From an uncultured delta proteobacterium (GTDB taxonomy: Bacteria; Desulfobacterota; Desulfobacteria; Desulfobacterales; JAFDCJ01), in contig CAVYNY010000006.1 of the NCBI GenBank assembly GCA_963769935.1, positions 1 through 15,565 on the forward strand: 15,565 nucleotides of DNA. Reading direction: 5' to 3'. Numbering within the stretch: position 1 is the first letter of the stretch; each line of letters begins with the position of its first letter. Below the pieces are notes generated by a model. The model saw only the letters and a program-made list of their open reading frames with translations, had not been told where the DNA came from and ran no database searches. Both the position numbers and the translations under genes were made by a program. Of the stretch, positions 14,553-15,565 are shown piece by piece.

Positions 14553-15365
14553 ATGAAAATCGGCGTAATGAATGACCCGGCTAAACCGGTGATCGATGAA
14601 GTCGCCTCCTTTGGTAAAGCCGGTTTCGACTTCGTGGATTTAACCATCGAAGGGCCCATGGCCCACGATATTGAAGCCGCGGAATTGCGGCCGCTGCTGG
14701 ACCGGTATGGAATGTCCATCACCGGACACACCGATCCCTGCCTGCCGTATGCCTATCCGATCCGGGGCGTCCGGGACGCCTGCCTCAAGGAATTGGAGCG
14801 CTGTGCCGGGATCTTTAGCGCCCTGGGCGCCAAAGTCATGAACATCCATCCCGCCTATTTCTGTCCGCCGGCCATGCGAAAATCCCTGGTGGAACTCAAC
14901 ATAGAGGCGCTAAAACCCATCGTCGAGATGGCGGCTTCCCATGAACTCACCGTTGTTTTCGAGAACTTTAAAGCCCCTTTTGACCGGGTCACCGTTTTCA
15001 GAACACTGCTCCAGCAAGTCCCCGGCTTAAGGGTGCATCTTGATTTCGGACACGCCAACATCGGCCGGGACAACCATGAGGCGTTTTGCCGCCGGCTGGG
15101 AAACTTCATCAGGCATGTTCACTTTTCGGACAACCGGTCGAGCGACGACCACCACATGCCCCTGGGAGTCGGCAACATCAACTGGAAAAATGCGGTGAAT
15201 TCATTAAAAGCCACCGGTTATGACGGCACGATCACTCTGGAGGTGTTCTGCAATGATCCCGTCATGCTCTACAAATATCTGGATCTCAGCCGCAGGCTGC
15301 TGCTGGATCTCTGGAACAGCCGGTTCATCCCGCTGGCGCTGCCCCCGATGCGGACCCGGAGCTGA
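14553..15365 (+). CDS. Sugar phosphate isomerase/epimerase (xylose isomerase-like / AP endonuclease 2 TIM barrel); true 3' end probably replaced after about 15320
   Basis: GAGGA RBS, ATG 14553. Metal-binding motifs VFEN, HLDFGH, HVHFSDN, DHHMPLG and ITLEVF. The last 14 aa (RFIPLALPPMRTRS) come from the GC-rich foreign segment. Confidence 0.88.
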   Translation: MKIGVMNDPAKPVIDEVASFGKAGFDFVDLTIEGPMAHDIEAAELRPLLDRYGMSITGHTDPCLPYAYPIRGVRDACLKELERCAGIFSALGAKVMNIHPAYFCPPAMRKSLVELNIEALKPIVEMAASHELTVVFENFKAPFDRVTVFRTLLQQVPGLRVHLDFGHANIGRDNHEAFCRRLGNFIRHVHFSDNRSSDDHHMPLGVGNINWKNAVNSLKATGYDGTITLEVFCNDPVMLYKYLDLSRRLLLDLWNSRFIPLALPPMRTRS

Positions 15366-15565
15366 TGGCCGAGGAGGTCCGCCGGGTCGCCGAGATGGGC
15401 TGCCACGCGGTCACCTTCTCCGAGAACCCCACGCACCTGGGCCACCCGAGCATCCACTCGGGCCATTGGGACCCGTTCTTCGCCGCGTGCGAGGAGCTGG
15501 GCACCGTGGTGTGCGTGCACATCGGGTCGAGCTCGCAGATGGTGATCACCGCCGGCGCATGGCTT
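15321..15565 (+). CDS. Internal fragment of an amidohydrolase_2-family protein of high-GC (actinobacterial-like) origin
   Basis: RFIPLALPPM, then a frameshift near 15351, then DPELMAEEVRRVAEMGCHAVTFSENPTHLGHPSIHSGHWDPFFAACEELGTVVCVHIGSSSQMVITA. Almost all third codon positions are G/C. Confidence 0.75.

Noticed and set aside
14330..14731. ORFs 14348..14575 (+) and 14330..14731 (-), and likewise 1975..2244, 2007..2333 and 2068..2352
   Set aside because: By-products of stop-poor heptamer arrays (GYRILDTG.., SSVLCHLSSV..) that overlap real genes.

Overview
Mostly Desulfobacterales-like (deltaproteobacterial) chromosomal DNA; this assignment is inferred from gene content and protein style. From left to right: (1) an AT-rich left end (1-1036) with the 3' end of a TRAP large permease and a tyrosine-integrase remnant with arm-type direct repeats, probably the edge of a decayed island at the 3' end of a UDP-glucuronate epimerase gene; (2) two nucleotide-sugar epimerase genes; (3) a MoaD/ThiS sulfur carrier, a symmetric 156-bp MITE-like element and a possible internally deleted ACT-domain gene; (4) a lipoprotein, PilZ and HDOD genes, plus a cheD fragment behind a sigma28-like promoter; (5) a putative Na+/H+ antiporter, a HisKA-REC-GGDEF cyclase, a CBM48 protein and a SIMPL protein; (6) an uncharacterised operon of a membrane-anchored transglutaminase-like protein and an exported Cys-less tandem rhodanese; (7) a TIM-barrel isomerase. 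Four degenerate heptamer arrays with different consensus units sit at gene junctions. The last ~245 nt are very GC-rich actinobacterial-type amidohydrolase sequence, probably chimeric. Three single-base insertions suggest read errors. No rRNA, tRNA or CRISPR array was seen.
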